In this document: positions 36,019 to 46,301 of the stretch, piece by piece
Numbering within the stretch: position 1 is the first letter of the stretch
Layout of the letters: each line of letters opens with the position of its first letter
Source of the DNA: a virus
Taxonomy: Duplodnaviria; Caudoviricetes
Length of the DNA: 64,000 bases
Virus record (IMG/VR): IMGVR_UViG_2602041664_000003
Span: 7,315 to 71,314 of that record
Strand: one strand, 5' to 3'
Made by a program: the position numbers and the translations under genes
The notes under the pieces: model-generated
What the model was told of the DNA's origin: nothing
The model's input: the letters and a program-made list of their open reading frames with translations, nothing else
The model's database searches: none

Positions 36019-39000
36019 ATGAGTGAGTGGATAATTCGACATAGTGACGGAAGTCTTTTAAAGGACGAGAATGGGGTTCAGATCCTCACAAAAGAATTGG
36101 AGTATAGTGGTTCGTGGATGGGTGAGTGTTTCGTCACTGTATCCTTTAAGAATCCATGCCCTATATCGTTTAAGATTGGGGACTACCTGACCTATCGTGG
36201 GGAGATTTTTGAAATCAACTACGACCCGGGTAAGATAAAGCAGTCAAGACGGAACGAATACGGAGAAGCATTCGTTTACGAAAATGTCAAATTCAACTCA
36301 AAGCAAGATGAGTTGGCGAGAACGGAATTTCTCGACATTGTGTTGAATGATAACAATATCCACTATACGGCGCTGACAAAATTTGCTTTCTATGTTTCAA
36401 GCCTTGATGATTTGTTGGATAGAATACAGGCAAATCTCAACGAGCAATGGGGTAGTGGTGCGTGGAAATTATATAGTCGAAACAGATTGCGCTCTGGGCA
36501 GCGTGGGTGTGACCTATCTGTTTGGGACAAAACCTATGGTAGTGGAGTTGCGGATAACGTGATAGATTCTACTTCTATTACGGCGGATAACTTAAACTGT
36601 TGGAGTGCGTTGGCATTAATAAATAGTCAGTTCGATGTTAACTTCATTACACGTGGGCGCAATGTATTTATCGGAACAGCAGGACTTCCAACTTCACATA
36701 TTTTTGAATATGGCAAGGGTAATGGACTGTATATGATTGAGCAGAATGCTGATACAGAACAGTCCATAACAACACGTCTGCGTGCATACGGTTCAACTAA
36801 GAATATTCCTAACAGGTACTATGCTACGTTAAACTTACAAGTCTATGGAACTATTACAAAGATAAAGACAAAACAGACGGGACTGTATAATAATACAGAG
36901 TTTGAACTGGACCTACCTTTCAAAGATTATTATTTCTTTAACGAACTCACGGCGTACAGTTCGAGCACTAATCGAATCTATTATGCTAAGATAAAGATAG
37001 GGGATAAGATTGTTAACGCACGTATGTTCAATAATAATGGGAAGACCCAAACATATTCCGAATACGTGCCAAATTCTACGGATCCGGATGATAATACGGA
37101 TAAAACCGCTATGCAGCAGTTTATCAACTCTGTCACTGTCGGTGCTAAAGTGTATTTCATGTCTGGGGTAAAAAAAGACAGTTTCCCTGTAACGAGCAAA
37201 GACTACGCTACGGATAATCTACCAAACAACATGGCGATAGACCGTCTTATGTTGCCCGGATTCCCAAATAAGTCGTTAAAGCAATGGTGGAATGAACAAA
37301 GCGAAGAGACGAAAAGGAGTATCTACCAAGGGGATAAATCTCATCTTTTCTCTGAAAACAAATATCGTCCCTTTATTGATTCTACCAATGTCAGTACTAT
37401 AGGAGTTCGACCAAACTCTGTTTATTTTGACACTAAAGATATTCAGAAAGGCATCGAGGAAATCTATCCAACAATCGAAAAGGTTGAAATCAATGGTGTC
37501 AGGATTGATGAAGTCCTTTCCGCTAAGCAAATTGAGGACAATGGCGTTTTCAAGGACGGAGCAACAATACCAAACTTTAGTATATTCCTTAAAAAGGAGA
37601 TAAATTTCGATATTAACGACCTTCTGAAAAATTCCACCGAGCAACCATATATCTGTATGAAGAATGGTATGTGCGGTGGTCGTCAGTTCAAGATTGCTTC
37701 GGCAAGAAAGCATGATGATAATACGTGGGAGTTGACATGTGAAAGGGTGTTGGATGATAGTCTTAGTCTGTATTTCCCTTATAATGATTACCAAATTAAG
37801 CCAAATGACAGGTTTGTACTGATTGGTATTCCTTTGCCTGATTCCTATGTCGAAGCGGCTTCTGTTAGGCTTCTGAAATATGCATTGGCGTTCCTTGACA
37901 AGAATGACTATACTCGCTATATATACTCTCCCAAGGTGGACGAACTATATATGCAACGTCAACACGATTCTGCTATCGCTGATAGCACGGGAGCCACAGT
38001 GTCTTTGCACGACACTATCAAAGAGGGTGACATTATGCAATTTGAAGATACGGATCTTCACATTGATGGGAAAGTGTCAATAGACCAACTAACCATAAGA
38101 GAAGCCGATGGAAAGATACCTACCTACGAAGTTACGTTAAGGGAGGATAAATCTGTTGGCACGATTCAAAAGATACAGGAGAAAATCAACTCGCTTGAAA
38201 GTGGTAACGGTGGCGTAGCCGGAGAGGGTGGAAATAATCTCACCGTTCCGCAGATCCAAAGATTAATAGAATCACTCGGAGCGAAACATTTCATAGACAA
38301 ACTTAAACCCGACAACGCCCAAGAGGTAATAACATTCCTAAAGGGCATCGGAATCGGTGACAGTGATAAGGGTATTGATGGCAAAGGCAATGCCACATTG
38401 TTAAGCGTCATTGCAGATGCACTTAGAAGCGCAGACTTCCACGCAGGGTTATTGGACGGTTCAGGCTTTGGAATATACAAAGATGAATATGGGAAGTCCA
38501 TAGCAGAGGTTGACAAACTCAATGTGAGGCAGAAAGCAACCTTTTCAGCATTGGAATATAAACGCCTTGCATTTACAACGGGTGACGTGGGTTTTACCTC
38601 GGCAAGTGCGCATCTTTACGGCGTTATCCCCCTTGACGACAAGGGAGCACCCATCGTGAACTCAACAACCTACTTCACATCAGCAGGCAGGCAGGTACTT
38701 GTTAATAACGCACTTCTATCCTATAGCATCAATTCAGGTGGCAAGACCGTAAGTGCATACCGTTGTTATTTCCTCGCTGATGATGGTGACAAGCGTATCA
38801 GCAATGATTGGAGGATAGGCGACCAAGCGATGTGCAAGACTGCAAACCTCATATCACGCACAACAAGCGGTGCAGCTAACAGATACTATTGGCGATTGGT
38901 GGTCAACAAGGGAACTGAAACGATAAACGGAAAGATGTATCACTTCATCGACCTTTCAAACGTCCGTGGCACTGTTAACATTTCAGATGCAGCCCTACAG

Positions 39001-39711
39001 AAGGGTTATATCTGTGTAGGCTATGATACAAATCCAAACGTAGAGAACGATGTACCAATGGCAGAAGACGACCTTATACAATTAGGAAGTCAGACCGACA
39101 CCGACAGGCAAGGCGCAGTAGTCGTATATGTTTCTGAAAATAGCAAAATCGTGATGTATGCAGGCATTAACGACTATAACCTTACTTCACACATTGTAAG
39201 TGAGTTTTCTCCTAAGGGGTCAACGGTGCGTTCAGACAAATTCACGATAATATCAGGAGCAGGCACGGGAGTAAGTGCACCGATAGTATGTGACAGAGGG
39301 CAGTGGGTCAGCGGAACGATAGCAGGGCATTACGATAGATTCTCTTATAACGGATCACTATGGCTCTGTAACGTGGGAATCGGACAGACCACCAACGAAG
39401 ATCCATCCGAAACAAGTACAAAGTGGATAAAGCAAGTTTCAGAGGGTGAAGCCTATAGCCTTGAAGTGACTATTGAGAGTGGAGCAATATACAATTCACA
39501 AGGCAGCGTTGTTCTGTTAGCGACATACAGAAAAGGGAATGTTGATATTTCCAACACCATACCAAATACGGCATGGTCATGGATACGCACAAGCGGACAG
39601 AACACAGATACGGCGTGGAACAACGCACATAAGAAAGTAGGTAGACGAATAACAGTAACCGCAGCGGAAGTGCTTACAACGGCTTCCTTTGACTGCATTA
39701 TTGAGGGATAA
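36019..39711 (+). CDS. tail tip / baseplate hub protein (1230 aa)
   Basis: FEYGKGNGLY, TRLRAYGSTKNIP, GFGIYKDEYGKS motifs of Bacteroidota phage tail proteins. Confidence 0.8.
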   Translation: MSEWIIRHSDGSLLKDENGVQILTKELEYSGSWMGECFVTVSFKNPCPISFKIGDYLTYRGEIFEINYDPGKIKQSRRNEYGEAFVYENVKFNSKQDELARTEFLDIVLNDNNIHYTALTKFAFYVSSLDDLLDRIQANLNEQWGSGAWKLYSRNRLRSGQRGCDLSVWDKTYGSGVADNVIDSTSITADNLNCWSALALINSQFDVNFITRGRNVFIGTAGLPTSHIFEYGKGNGLYMIEQNADTEQSITTRLRAYGSTKNIPNRYYATLNLQVYGTITKIKTKQTGLYNNTEFELDLPFKDYYFFNELTAYSSSTNRIYYAKIKIGDKIVNARMFNNNGKTQTYSEYVPNSTDPDDNTDKTAMQQFINSVTVGAKVYFMSGVKKDSFPVTSKDYATDNLPNNMAIDRLMLPGFPNKSLKQWWNEQSEETKRSIYQGDKSHLFSENKYRPFIDSTNVSTIGVRPNSVYFDTKDIQKGIEEIYPTIEKVEINGVRIDEVLSAKQIEDNGVFKDGATIPNFSIFLKKEINFDINDLLKNSTEQPYICMKNGMCGGRQFKIASARKHDDNTWELTCERVLDDSLSLYFPYNDYQIKPNDRFVLIGIPLPDSYVEAASVRLLKYALAFLDKNDYTRYIYSPKVDELYMQRQHDSAIADSTGATVSLHDTIKEGDIMQFEDTDLHIDGKVSIDQLTIREADGKIPTYEVTLREDKSVGTIQKIQEKINSLESGNGGVAGEGGNNLTVPQIQRLIESLGAKHFIDKLKPDNAQEVITFLKGIGIGDSDKGIDGKGNATLLSVIADALRSADFHAGLLDGSGFGIYKDEYGKSIAEVDKLNVRQKATFSALEYKRLAFTTGDVGFTSASAHLYGVIPLDDKGAPIVNSTTYFTSAGRQVLVNNALLSYSINSGGKTVSAYRCYFLADDGDKRISNDWRIGDQAMCKTANLISRTTSGAANRYYWRLVVNKGTETINGKMYHFIDLSNVRGTVNISDAALQKGYICVGYDTNPNVENDVPMAEDDLIQLGSQTDTDRQGAVVVYVSENSKIVMYAGINDYNLTSHIVSEFSPKGSTVRSDKFTIISGAGTGVSAPIVCDRGQWVSGTIAGHYDRFSYNGSLWLCNVGIGQTTNEDPSETSTKWIKQVSEGEAYSLEVTIESGAIYNSQGSVVLLATYRKGNVDISNTIPNTAWSWIRTSGQNTDTAWNNAHKKVGRRITVTAAEVLTTASFDCIIEG

Positions 39712-39714
39712 CAC

Positions 39715-41637
39715 ATGGGAACAAGAGCAAGAGGGGGTATCACCCTCCACAACGTGAAAAACGGTGCAGACGCAGAATACTATCGTTTGCAGCCACAGAG
39801 TGAAAAAGCAGTAGTTGGAGTAGACAACGCACTGTATGTAACCCTTTCGTACATCATTGAGCACGTCAAGGGTGCGCAAGTGACAACGGAAGCAGGTAGC
39901 GCACAAGGATACCACGTCACTGCACGTATGAATAACGGTGTAACTATCTCCATGACAAACGGAGCGGTGAACAGTGGCACGTACAAGTTGACGAACTACT
40001 CAAAGGCGCAGAAACGTCCTGACTATGTTATAATAGAGTTGAAGGACAAAGCAAACAAGGTCGTTGACACACGTACGGCGCAAATCATCATGGAATCATC
40101 TTCTTATGTTGACGTGGTGGGAGACTTGCGTACAACGGTGTCGCAGCAAGGAGAGAATATCACAACTATCAAGCAGACGGCTGACAGTATATCCCTTAAG
40201 GTAGACGGGATAAAGAATGGTGTAAAGAATCTCATTAAAGGAGGGCAACTGAATAGAACATTCAAGACGTACGGGATAGGAGGAGACGATGTAATGATAC
40301 CTTTGAAGCCCGATACAGTTTATACACTGACAATTTGCGGACATACAAACAACATTACACGTGCTAATGGGCAGATGTTACGTGCTTATATATTCAGAAA
40401 GGATTGGGCTTGGTCTGCGAATACGGATATTGACAATAACTCAGATACCATATCGTCCATTACGTTCAGTATACCTTCAGACAAAGCATCTACCGATGGT
40501 ATGTACAAGTTTGATGCTTACCCTTTTCCCGATAAAGGAAGTCAAAACGGTGAGGTAACAGTTAATTGGGTGACTGTCACAGAGGGCACGCAGGCGGCAG
40601 CCTCATGGATACCCGCTGATGGTGAAACGGGAGAGGACAAGGCAAAAGAGATTGAGTTACGTCTTGAAAATGGTGAGTTCAGAGTGAAGTCTAACAAGAC
40701 AGTGTTCGTTGATAATAGCGGAAAGGAAACGGTACTCATCGAGGATGGCAAGCTATCGGCGAAACTCATTGACGCAGTGAAAATTGTTGCAGCAGGCATA
40801 CAAGCACAGACGATTGACGCTAAGAACGCTATCTTTAAGAATATCAACGTTACGGGCGATAGCTCCTTTGGGGGCAATCTTGACGGAGTAGAGGGGTCGT
40901 TTAAGAGATTAAACTGTAGGTCTTATGATGGGAAGGACATAGTAGGAGGTATCTCTTTTGATGGAAGCGGCAGAATGATGTTTACGGGAGATTTGGTTTT
41001 TCAAGGCTCAAAAACCGTAAACGGCATTCAGCGAATAACAAGACTTTTATCAAACGACCTTTGGGTACGTGGTCAGTTCGGACATAATGCCCGTATATGT
41101 GCAGTGATACAAGACGAATATATGTACGTACACCATACGGGGCATATTGATTCCAAAGGGATAAAAATAAAACTCGGAGTTGTTTCTTTTCCAAGTAGGG
41201 CAAACCCCAATGTCAAGGGTTCGGCATACAAAATACCGCTATATAGTCCAGGCAGACAAGGAGTTCTCGGAGAGGATGGAACACTTGTGGACGTTGATAA
41301 CCCTAACATCAACAACCCGACAGATCCTATCGGCGCAGAAGAAATGAATCCTGCACTTGAAATACCCAACGGGGCAAGTATTGATATGGTGATATTTAAT
41401 TGCACCCGTTCAGGCGTTTATGTTTTCGACAAAAAAAGTATAGGATACGGTAAGGCATGGACGGTTTTTAATGGGAATAATGGCGTCAACGTGTCAACAG
41501 TCACCCAAGAGGGAGTAATAATTCTGAACGGTGGAGAAGTGCGAGAGTTTACGTATGTTAACCCCGAATGGCTAACACCCAAAATAACGGACGTTGGAGG
41601 AGGTATCATAACGAGTTCGGGACGTGATATGAATTGA
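39715..41637 (+). CDS. tail fibre / receptor-binding protein
   Basis: IKQTADSISLKV repeat, jelly-roll-like insert, beta-helix LIDA..I.A segment. Confidence 0.7.
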   Translation: MGTRARGGITLHNVKNGADAEYYRLQPQSEKAVVGVDNALYVTLSYIIEHVKGAQVTTEAGSAQGYHVTARMNNGVTISMTNGAVNSGTYKLTNYSKAQKRPDYVIIELKDKANKVVDTRTAQIIMESSSYVDVVGDLRTTVSQQGENITTIKQTADSISLKVDGIKNGVKNLIKGGQLNRTFKTYGIGGDDVMIPLKPDTVYTLTICGHTNNITRANGQMLRAYIFRKDWAWSANTDIDNNSDTISSITFSIPSDKASTDGMYKFDAYPFPDKGSQNGEVTVNWVTVTEGTQAAASWIPADGETGEDKAKEIELRLENGEFRVKSNKTVFVDNSGKETVLIEDGKLSAKLIDAVKIVAAGIQAQTIDAKNAIFKNINVTGDSSFGGNLDGVEGSFKRLNCRSYDGKDIVGGISFDGSGRMMFTGDLVFQGSKTVNGIQRITRLLSNDLWVRGQFGHNARICAVIQDEYMYVHHTGHIDSKGIKIKLGVVSFPSRANPNVKGSAYKIPLYSPGRQGVLGEDGTLVDVDNPNINNPTDPIGAEEMNPALEIPNGASIDMVIFNCTRSGVYVFDKKSIGYGKAWTVFNGNNGVNVSTVTQEGVIILNGGEVREFTYVNPEWLTPKITDVGGGIITSSGRDMN

Positions 41638-41676
41638 TAATAACGACAATAACAACAACACAAAAAAGGAGTAATT

Positions 41677-41961
41677 ATGAGAAAGTTTTTAGACGGAGTA
41701 TATCGGGTATTCGGTAAACTCGCAGAAGTAGGAAGTGACAAGTATCTGCACATGTTCGTGGGTCTTGTCGTATCAATGCTATCATGCAAAGCGTTGCATG
41801 CGCTTGGGTGTTTGCTCATCTTTGCGCTGATACCTGCATTTATTGTCATGGTGGCAAAAGAGAGTGTCGATAAATACTATCGCAAGGAGCCGTTCGATTG
41901 GTTGGACGTGTCAGCAGGCGTACTCGGTGCGATAGTGGGTGTTTTTCTTTTCCTATTGTAA
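41677..41961 (+). CDS. membrane protein
   Basis: DKYLH...KE..D...D motif with 2-3 TM helices. Confidence 0.65.
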   Translation: MRKFLDGVYRVFGKLAEVGSDKYLHMFVGLVVSMLSCKALHALGCLLIFALIPAFIVMVAKESVDKYYRKEPFDWLDVSAGVLGAIVGVFLFLL

Positions 41962-41974
41962 AGGAGGTGTATCT

Positions 41975-42466
41975 ATGGATGTAATAGAGTTTCAGTTCAC
42001 ACCGCACTTCATGTACATAGTAGCTACACACCTGATAGTATGTGTGATCATGTGGGTACTTGTTTTTTGTGCCATCTTTGTTGACTTATGGGACAGAATA
42101 TACACGCAGAAGAAATTAGGTAAACCCATTGATTCCCATAGCATGCGCAAGACACTTGGAAAGTTAGGAGAGTATTGGCGTGTATTACTTATTGCCTTTA
42201 TCGTGGATGCGGTGGTCTTCATTGCGTGTACGCTATTGAACATTAAGACTATGCCTGCAATTACTATCTTGGTATCTATAGGACTTCTTATCATTGAAGC
42301 AAAAAGCCTTATAGAGCATGCAAGGGAGCGAAAGAGCAAGATAAAGGACATACAGAATATTATCCAATCTGTAGTTAAAGCGTCTTCGGATAAGGATGCA
42401 AAGAAAGTCATTGCCGCCGTTGCTGATTACATCGGAGGTGATAGCGACAAGGCAACTATTGAATAA
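41975..42466 (+). CDS. putative holin
   Basis: Multi-TM; VDLW...SHSMRKT..K..Y...EAKSLIEH pattern. Confidence 0.7.
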   Translation: MDVIEFQFTPHFMYIVATHLIVCVIMWVLVFCAIFVDLWDRIYTQKKLGKPIDSHSMRKTLGKLGEYWRVLLIAFIVDAVVFIACTLLNIKTMPAITILVSIGLLIIEAKSLIEHARERKSKIKDIQNIIQSVVKASSDKDAKKVIAAVADYIGGDSDKATIE

Positions 42467-42483
42467 CTTAAAAAGATAACGAT

Positions 42484-42984
42484 ATGACAGAAGAAGAGAA
42501 AAGAGATATAGTACAAGAGGTACTAAAGGAGATTAAAGCACAGTCGCAGGATATTATGTCGCTTCCAAGTTCTGAAAATGTCAGTGAGTTTAAGTCACTC
42601 CCCGTTGTAGCCACAGACGGGACGTTGAAAACGATGAACGCTGCACTGTTAAAGGGTGACAAAGGAGAACCTGGCAACGATGGTAAGGATGGGCGTTTCA
42701 GGCTACAGAATCACGGAACAAATGACAAGACGTTTGCACTTACTCCGAATGTCATGCATGTGTGGGGCGTTGTGGATAGCCTTAACCTCTCCCTTGCACC
42801 GAATGACAATAACGACTACACCGCTGAATACTGCTTTCAGTTCACTTGTCCAGCAGACAAGGGTACACAATTAACGTTGCCAAGTTCTATAAAGTGGATA
42901 GGCGATGTGTTCAAGCCACAAAAGGGACAGACATACCAAGGGTGTGTAGTTAATGGACTTTTAATAATGGGAGGAACGTTATGA
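42484..42984 (+). CDS. tail-associated protein with short collagen-like repeat
   Basis: KGDKGEPGNDGKDG; C-terminal LTLPSSIKW. Confidence 0.6.
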   Translation: MTEEEKRDIVQEVLKEIKAQSQDIMSLPSSENVSEFKSLPVVATDGTLKTMNAALLKGDKGEPGNDGKDGRFRLQNHGTNDKTFALTPNVMHVWGVVDSLNLSLAPNDNNDYTAEYCFQFTCPADKGTQLTLPSSIKWIGDVFKPQKGQTYQGCVVNGLLIMGGTL

Positions 42985-43619
42985 TTTTGTTTGAAAAATT
43001 ACTTTCAAACGTGGCGAAAAAGCCAAAGTTTGTGCATTTTGACGACCCCGAGGTTGAGCGTATATTTTTAGCTAATTTCGATAAAGACGGTGACGGGAGA
43101 ATAAGTTTTGAAGAAGCGAAACTAATTAAATCAGTTGATAACCTTTTTGTAGGAAATAGGGAAATAAAGAGCCTTAATTCACTTGCTTATACAGGTATAA
43201 CTCATTTTATTAATAACACAGTAAAAGGAATGGTATCACTTGAAGAAGTTGTGTTACCGACTTCCATAGAATATATTGATTGGTACACATTTGGTGGTTT
43301 TAATAATTTTGAGGTGCCGTTGTTAAAAAGAGTAGTTGTACTTGAAAACAAAAATACCTATATAGCAGAGGGATTTGATAATGAGATAAAAGAATATGTT
43401 GAGTACCCTGCTAATATAAAGGTCTTTGGTTTCAATGTGCCGTCACTAACTGCAAAGTGTACTGTTATAAGGGCAAAAAATCCACCGGAAAGTCATACGG
43501 GTAAAAGTGGTAATGGTAAACTTTACGTACCCGATGAGAGCGTACAAGCGTATAAAGAAGATAAGTACTTTTCTATTGTTGCGGATAGAATTTTCCCTTT
43601 AAGCGAATTAAATAAATAA
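42981..43619 (+). CDS. EF-hand plus BspA-type leucine-rich-repeat protein
   Basis: DKDGDGRISFEE; LEEVVLPTSIEYI; LYVPDESVQAYK. Confidence 0.7.
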   Translation: MILFEKLLSNVAKKPKFVHFDDPEVERIFLANFDKDGDGRISFEEAKLIKSVDNLFVGNREIKSLNSLAYTGITHFINNTVKGMVSLEEVVLPTSIEYIDWYTFGGFNNFEVPLLKRVVVLENKNTYIAEGFDNEIKEYVEYPANIKVFGFNVPSLTAKCTVIRAKNPPESHTGKSGNGKLYVPDESVQAYKEDKYFSIVADRIFPLSELNK

Positions 43620-43623
43620 GATT

Positions 43624-44130
43624 ATGAAACAATACAAGAAAGGAAACAACACCTATAACGGTGTATATATCGAGGTAGGCGGGGTTAGGATAATCAACCC
43701 TACAGAAGAAACGCTCAAAGCAAACGGCTATGAGCAGGTAGAAACCGAAACGGCAGAACAACTCCTGCAAGATGCGAAAGACAGAAAGCTTGCAGAACTT
43801 GACGTGTTCAATCAGTCATCAGAGGTAAACGACTTCACGTTTAAAGGTATGCACACGTGGTTAACACCTTCAGAACGTGCAAGCTATAATGTGAGCATTG
43901 ACGCTGCGGAAGCACTTGGCGAAACGACTATCACATTTGCCATTGCAGAGCAACCTTTAACGATTGATATTCCAACGGCAAAGATAGTGCTTGCAAAGAT
44001 TCAACGTTATGCGGATGCAACTTTCATGGTGACGGTCAAGCATAAGGCAGCTATTGCCGCTTTGTCGTCAATAGAGGAAGTGAACGCATACGACTTCACA
44101 AAAGGCTATCCGGAAAAGCTACAGTTATGA
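43624..44130 (+). CDS. DUF4376-like tail fibre assembly protein
   Basis: YA...F.VT..HKAAI.AL...YDFTKGYPEKL. Confidence 0.7.
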   Translation: MKQYKKGNNTYNGVYIEVGGVRIINPTEETLKANGYEQVETETAEQLLQDAKDRKLAELDVFNQSSEVNDFTFKGMHTWLTPSERASYNVSIDAAEALGETTITFAIAEQPLTIDIPTAKIVLAKIQRYADATFMVTVKHKAAIAALSSIEEVNAYDFTKGYPEKLQL

Positions 44131-44600
44131 AGATAGCAGTACTTATAGCAAGCATTATCGGAAGCCTGCTACTAATGGGATACACGATATTAATGGCAAA
44201 AAAGAAAGGCTGCCCATTATGTAGCCTTTCTGAAACCGCCTATATCGTTAAATCTCCAAATGTATTCACGTTTGTAATTGTCATGGGTACGTTTCTTATG
44301 ACACCGCAGATGATTGTAAATACAAATGGTTGGGTAGGCTTTTTGGGCATTGTGTTCCTTTTTGGAATGATGATGGTCGGAGCAAGTCCGCACTATCGGA
44401 CTATTGGCAAAACACTTCATATGGTAGGGGCTTTCACGGCAGCTATTTCCTCTCAACTCTTAATCGGAATTACTGACTATCGTTTTCTTGTCTTTTGGCT
44501 GATATACGGCATTATCTACCTTATCAGACGGAAACGAAGTGTTCTATGGGAGGAAGGCGTGTGCTTTATTATTATTACAACATTTAATATTTTGGGATAA
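44127..44600 (+). CDS. multi-pass membrane protein
   Basis: About 5 hydrophobic helices; SLSETAY motif. Confidence 0.65.
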   Translation: MKIAVLIASIIGSLLLMGYTILMAKKKGCPLCSLSETAYIVKSPNVFTFVIVMGTFLMTPQMIVNTNGWVGFLGIVFLFGMMMVGASPHYRTIGKTLHMVGAFTAAISSQLLIGITDYRFLVFWLIYGIIYLIRRKRSVLWEEGVCFIIITTFNILG

Positions 44601-45073
44601 TGGAAACAGTAACCATAGGAAACGAAAGCGGCGGACACGTTGACGGGATATTAAGAATCAACAGAAAGAGTGACTTCCCACTCGGCATTAAGCTGATAAG
44701 AGATGGTGAAATTGTGGTGTTCCCTGATTGTGATTTCACTATTAAGGCGATCGCAGGGAATGGGTTTACCACATACAAGGCAGAGAGGAGGAACGGAGTA
44801 TGTACTAATTGTCAAGTCGCAGACAAACAACTGATAATATTCTTCGATAATCACAACTTAGGAAAAGGAAGAGTAAAGATTGAATTGTCTATTGACTTTC
44901 CCGATGAGAATTTCTCAGACGGATTCAGACGAGAAACATTCACCGCTACTTCTAACATAGAACTCGTTGACGACAATGGCGATGCGCTTAAACTCGCTAT
45001 GCCCGACCCTATCGTGGTGGAAAAGGAAGTCGTCAACGAGAAAAACAGTCTATTAGTATGGCAAGTTAGGTAA
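44600..45073 (+). CDS. putative structural protein
   Basis: RINRKSDF...FDNHNLGKG...FPDENFSDG pattern. Confidence 0.5.
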   Translation: METVTIGNESGGHVDGILRINRKSDFPLGIKLIRDGEIVVFPDCDFTIKAIAGNGFTTYKAERRNGVCTNCQVADKQLIIFFDNHNLGKGRVKIELSIDFPDENFSDGFRRETFTATSNIELVDDNGDALKLAMPDPIVVEKEVVNEKNSLLVWQVR

Positions 45074-45089
45074 TTTAATTTAAAGTATT

Positions 45090-45545
45090 ATGGCAAATTT
45101 CACAATAGGAGAATTAATTCAGTCCTCAACCGCAGGTCGGTTGGGGATTGACAACAACCCAACACCGACAGTAAGGGTGCACTTAACGGAAACAATCACC
45201 CTTTTAGAGAGTATCCGTGCAGAGTGGGAAGAGTACTGTGCAGAGCATTCTCTTGGGACGCCTGCAATAAGGATAACAAGCGGATACAGAAGTCCTGAAT
45301 TAAACAAAGCAGTGGGCGGAGTGAAGAACTCTGCACACGTGGCAGGGTATGCAGCAGACTTGCAGCCCGTCAACGGCAAGCAGTCAGAATTTGAACGCTT
45401 CCTCGCAACTGATTTCTCAAAGATGGGCTATGCTTTTGACCAAATCATCATTGAGAAGTCGAAGACCGCACGATGGGTACATGTGGGTTATAAACGTCCT
45501 GAAGACGGGAAACAAAGACATCAGTGTTTTTCATTAAAAGTTTAA
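45090..45545 (+). CDS. endolysin, peptidase M15 family
   Basis: SGYRSPELN..VGG...SAH..GYAAD...WVHV. Confidence 0.88.
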   Translation: MANFTIGELIQSSTAGRLGIDNNPTPTVRVHLTETITLLESIRAEWEEYCAEHSLGTPAIRITSGYRSPELNKAVGGVKNSAHVAGYAADLQPVNGKQSEFERFLATDFSKMGYAFDQIIIEKSKTARWVHVGYKRPEDGKQRHQCFSLKV

Positions 45546-45557
45546 GGAGAAAAGACT

Positions 45558-46115
45558 ATGAACGAAAAAGATTATGAAAAGAGCATAAGGGTGTTTGTTA
45601 TCTCCCTTATATCAGTGGTAGCGTTGCTTGTTATTGCAGCACTTATCCTCTGTGGGTGTTCGCATAAGGTGTACGTACCCGTGCAGTCTATTCACACAGA
45701 TACGGTGTACATGGCAAAAAAGGACAGTGTTCACATCAAAGACAGTTTAATCTTAAAACAGATTGTAAACGTCCGTGACAGTGTTGCTATTCATGACAGT
45801 GTAGTGATTGTAAAGAACGAGCAGGGAGAAGTAAAGGAACGACTTATTGTTCGCTATCGTGACCGATGGCATGCAACAGTGGATAACTTATCACTTCAAC
45901 GACAGATAGACCGCTATAGGGCAAGTAATGATAGCCTAAGGGCAATTAAAAGAGATTACATTGAAGTGCCCAAGGTTATAGAACGTGAACTCACTCGGTG
46001 GCAGAAAATCAAGATGGACGTTGGAGGATGGGCGATAGGTGCTCTCTCCGCCACTTTCTTAGCCGTCATAGCGTACATTGTGGTGTGGCTACTAAAGAAG
46101 TATAGAAAGATATAA
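45558..46115 (+). CDS. unimolecular-spanin-like lipoprotein
   Basis: Lipobox LCGC, beta-rich periplasmic region, C-terminal TM helix with basic tail. Confidence 0.65.
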   Translation: MNEKDYEKSIRVFVISLISVVALLVIAALILCGCSHKVYVPVQSIHTDTVYMAKKDSVHIKDSLILKQIVNVRDSVAIHDSVVIVKNEQGEVKERLIVRYRDRWHATVDNLSLQRQIDRYRASNDSLRAIKRDYIEVPKVIERELTRWQKIKMDVGGWAIGALSATFLAVIAYIVVWLLKKYRKI

Positions 46116-46188
46116 TATCAGAAAGGAAATTGTTCCCGTTTTCGTTTGGAGAAAACAAATAAATTCACTATATCTGTAGGAGTAAATA

Positions 46189-46291
46189 GCTATCCTTTGT
46201 GGTGATTGGATAGCACACTAAGAAGACTTACGTCCCCCTTTAGAATTGTCGCAAATCACCACAATAGGCGACAAGGATATTGGGGGATAGC
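46189..46291 (+). promoter_or_regulatory. kissing-loop/switch leader upstream of Rha gene
   Basis: Two hairpins with 11-nt complementary loops. Confidence 0.55.
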
Positions 46292-46301
46292 TTTTTAAAC
46301 A

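Noticed and set aside
36019-45073. DGR or shufflon acting on tail/LRR genes
   Set aside because: No reverse transcriptase, invertase or TR/VR repeat pair seen in the window; elements outside it cannot be excluded
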